From: an uncultured Thermococci archaeon
GTDB lineage: Archaea; Methanobacteriota_B; Thermococci; Thermococcales; Thermococcaceae
Length of the DNA: 20,898 bases
Direction of reading: 5' to 3'
Assembly: GCA_964487115.1 (NCBI GenBank)
Contig: CAZAPD010000119.1
Location: 1-20,898 of the forward strand
A model generated the notes under the pieces. It was not told the DNA's origin. It saw only the letters and a list, made by a program, of their open reading frames with translations, and did no database searches. Both the position numbers and the translations under genes were made by a program. Shown piece after piece: positions 20,220-20,898 of this stretch. Numbering within the stretch: the stretch's first letter is position 1; every line of letters starts with the position of its first letter.

Positions 20220-20400
20220 CTGACCTCCTCCCCGCCCTAAAGGATGGGGGTTCCAACGGGAACCCCCTAACCAATTGGCAGGGAGGTTTGAGGGGTTCTC
20301 ATCAGGACAACCCTCGAAGAGGGTTCTTCGAACCCCTCTGGCCGGGCCTCCGGCCAGTTACCCCTCATCTGGAAGGCCTTAAGACCCTCCAGACTTGGGG
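20200..20400 (-). ncRNA. Predicted TnpB omega/reRNA: scaffold overlapping the tnpB 3' end, guide from flanking vapC
   Basis: Hairpins at 20368-20393, 20338-20357, 20290-20338 (nested) and 20246-20267 run up to the IS end. Boundaries are approximate. Confidence 0.65.
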
Positions 20401-20898
20401 TTATGGTTTTTACCACCTTCCTCAAAATGTTGAAGGCACCAACCAAGTCAGCATTAAAAACAAGCCCCGTCGCGGGACACTTAAACAATCCACGAACGAA
20501 GCGAGCCCCCTCATGGAGCCTCCCGCAAACGGGACAAGTCTTTGAAGTGAAAGCCTCATTGACCACGATAACCTGAATACCAAACTCCTCCGCAACTTCT
20601 TTTAAACGTTTAATGACCGTGTTAAACCGCCAGACGTGAGAGAGGAGGAAATTCTGCTTCTTACCCTTATCAGAGTTTCGAGCTATTCCCTTGGGATAAC
20701 CAACGATAATTGTGGAGACGCCCAATTCGTAGAGTTTTCTAACCGTTCCCCTAACAGCCGTGTTAACGTAATGCTTCGCCTGAAGTTTAGCCCTCTCATG
20801 CATTCTTTTGAGTTTTTTACTTGTCTTCTGGCCACTTTTGTTGAGTTTTGACTGGTAGTCCGCAATCCTCTTTTTCCAGTAGAAGTCAATACTCTTTA
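20220..20898 (-). mobile_element. IS200/IS605-family element, right part (left end outside the window)
   Basis: tnpB followed by the subterminal hairpin CCCCATCCT-TT-AGGGCGGGG (20230-20249) and terminal GAGGAGGTCAG. Confidence 0.88.
20267..20898 (-). CDS. tnpB: TnpB RNA-guided endonuclease, C-terminal part
   Basis: The frame is open to the edge (KSIDFYWKKRIADYQS...MHER). It contains IIVGYP, VNEAFTSKTCPVCG, FKCPATG and RuvC-III NADLVGAFNI. Confidence 0.92.
   Translation of the reverse strand, partial: KSIDFYWKKRIADYQSKLNKSGQKTSKKLKRMHERAKLQAKHYVNTAVRGTVRKLYELGVSTIIVGYPKGIARNSDKGKKQNFLLSHVWRFNTVIKRLKEVAEEFGIQVIVVNEAFTSKTCPVCGRLHEGARFVRGLFKCPATGLVFNADLVGAFNILRKVVKTITPSLEGLKAFQMRGNWPEARPEGFEEPSSRVVLMRTPQTSLPIG

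Overview
Archaeal DNA with Thermococcales-like proteins, GGTGA/GGAGG ribosome-binding sites and TATA/BRE promoters; the genus cannot be fixed from sequence alone. From left to right: the end of a glycosyltransferase cluster (partial GT4, GT2); a PDZ-containing site-2 protease; an inactivated KaiC/RAD55-like protein; an NcsA-type tRNA thiolase, preceded by a structured intergenic element; a duplicated membrane protein + wHTH module flanking a CPBP protease; and an ~8.4 kb sugar-utilisation locus. That locus has a FucI/AraA-superfamily isomerase-like gene, galE, galT, galK and a small cupin transcribed leftwards, a CUT2-type ABC importer transcribed rightwards, and an Lrp regulator. Then come DUF460, pcp, a geranylgeranyl-reductase-family gene, an ASCH gene, and a vapC toxin gene split by an IS200/IS605-family element whose TnpB has a rearranged RuvC-II site. 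The best candidate for an undescribed system is the sugar locus, a Leloir pathway fed by an atypical isomerase. All functional calls come from motif recognition; no searches were run.
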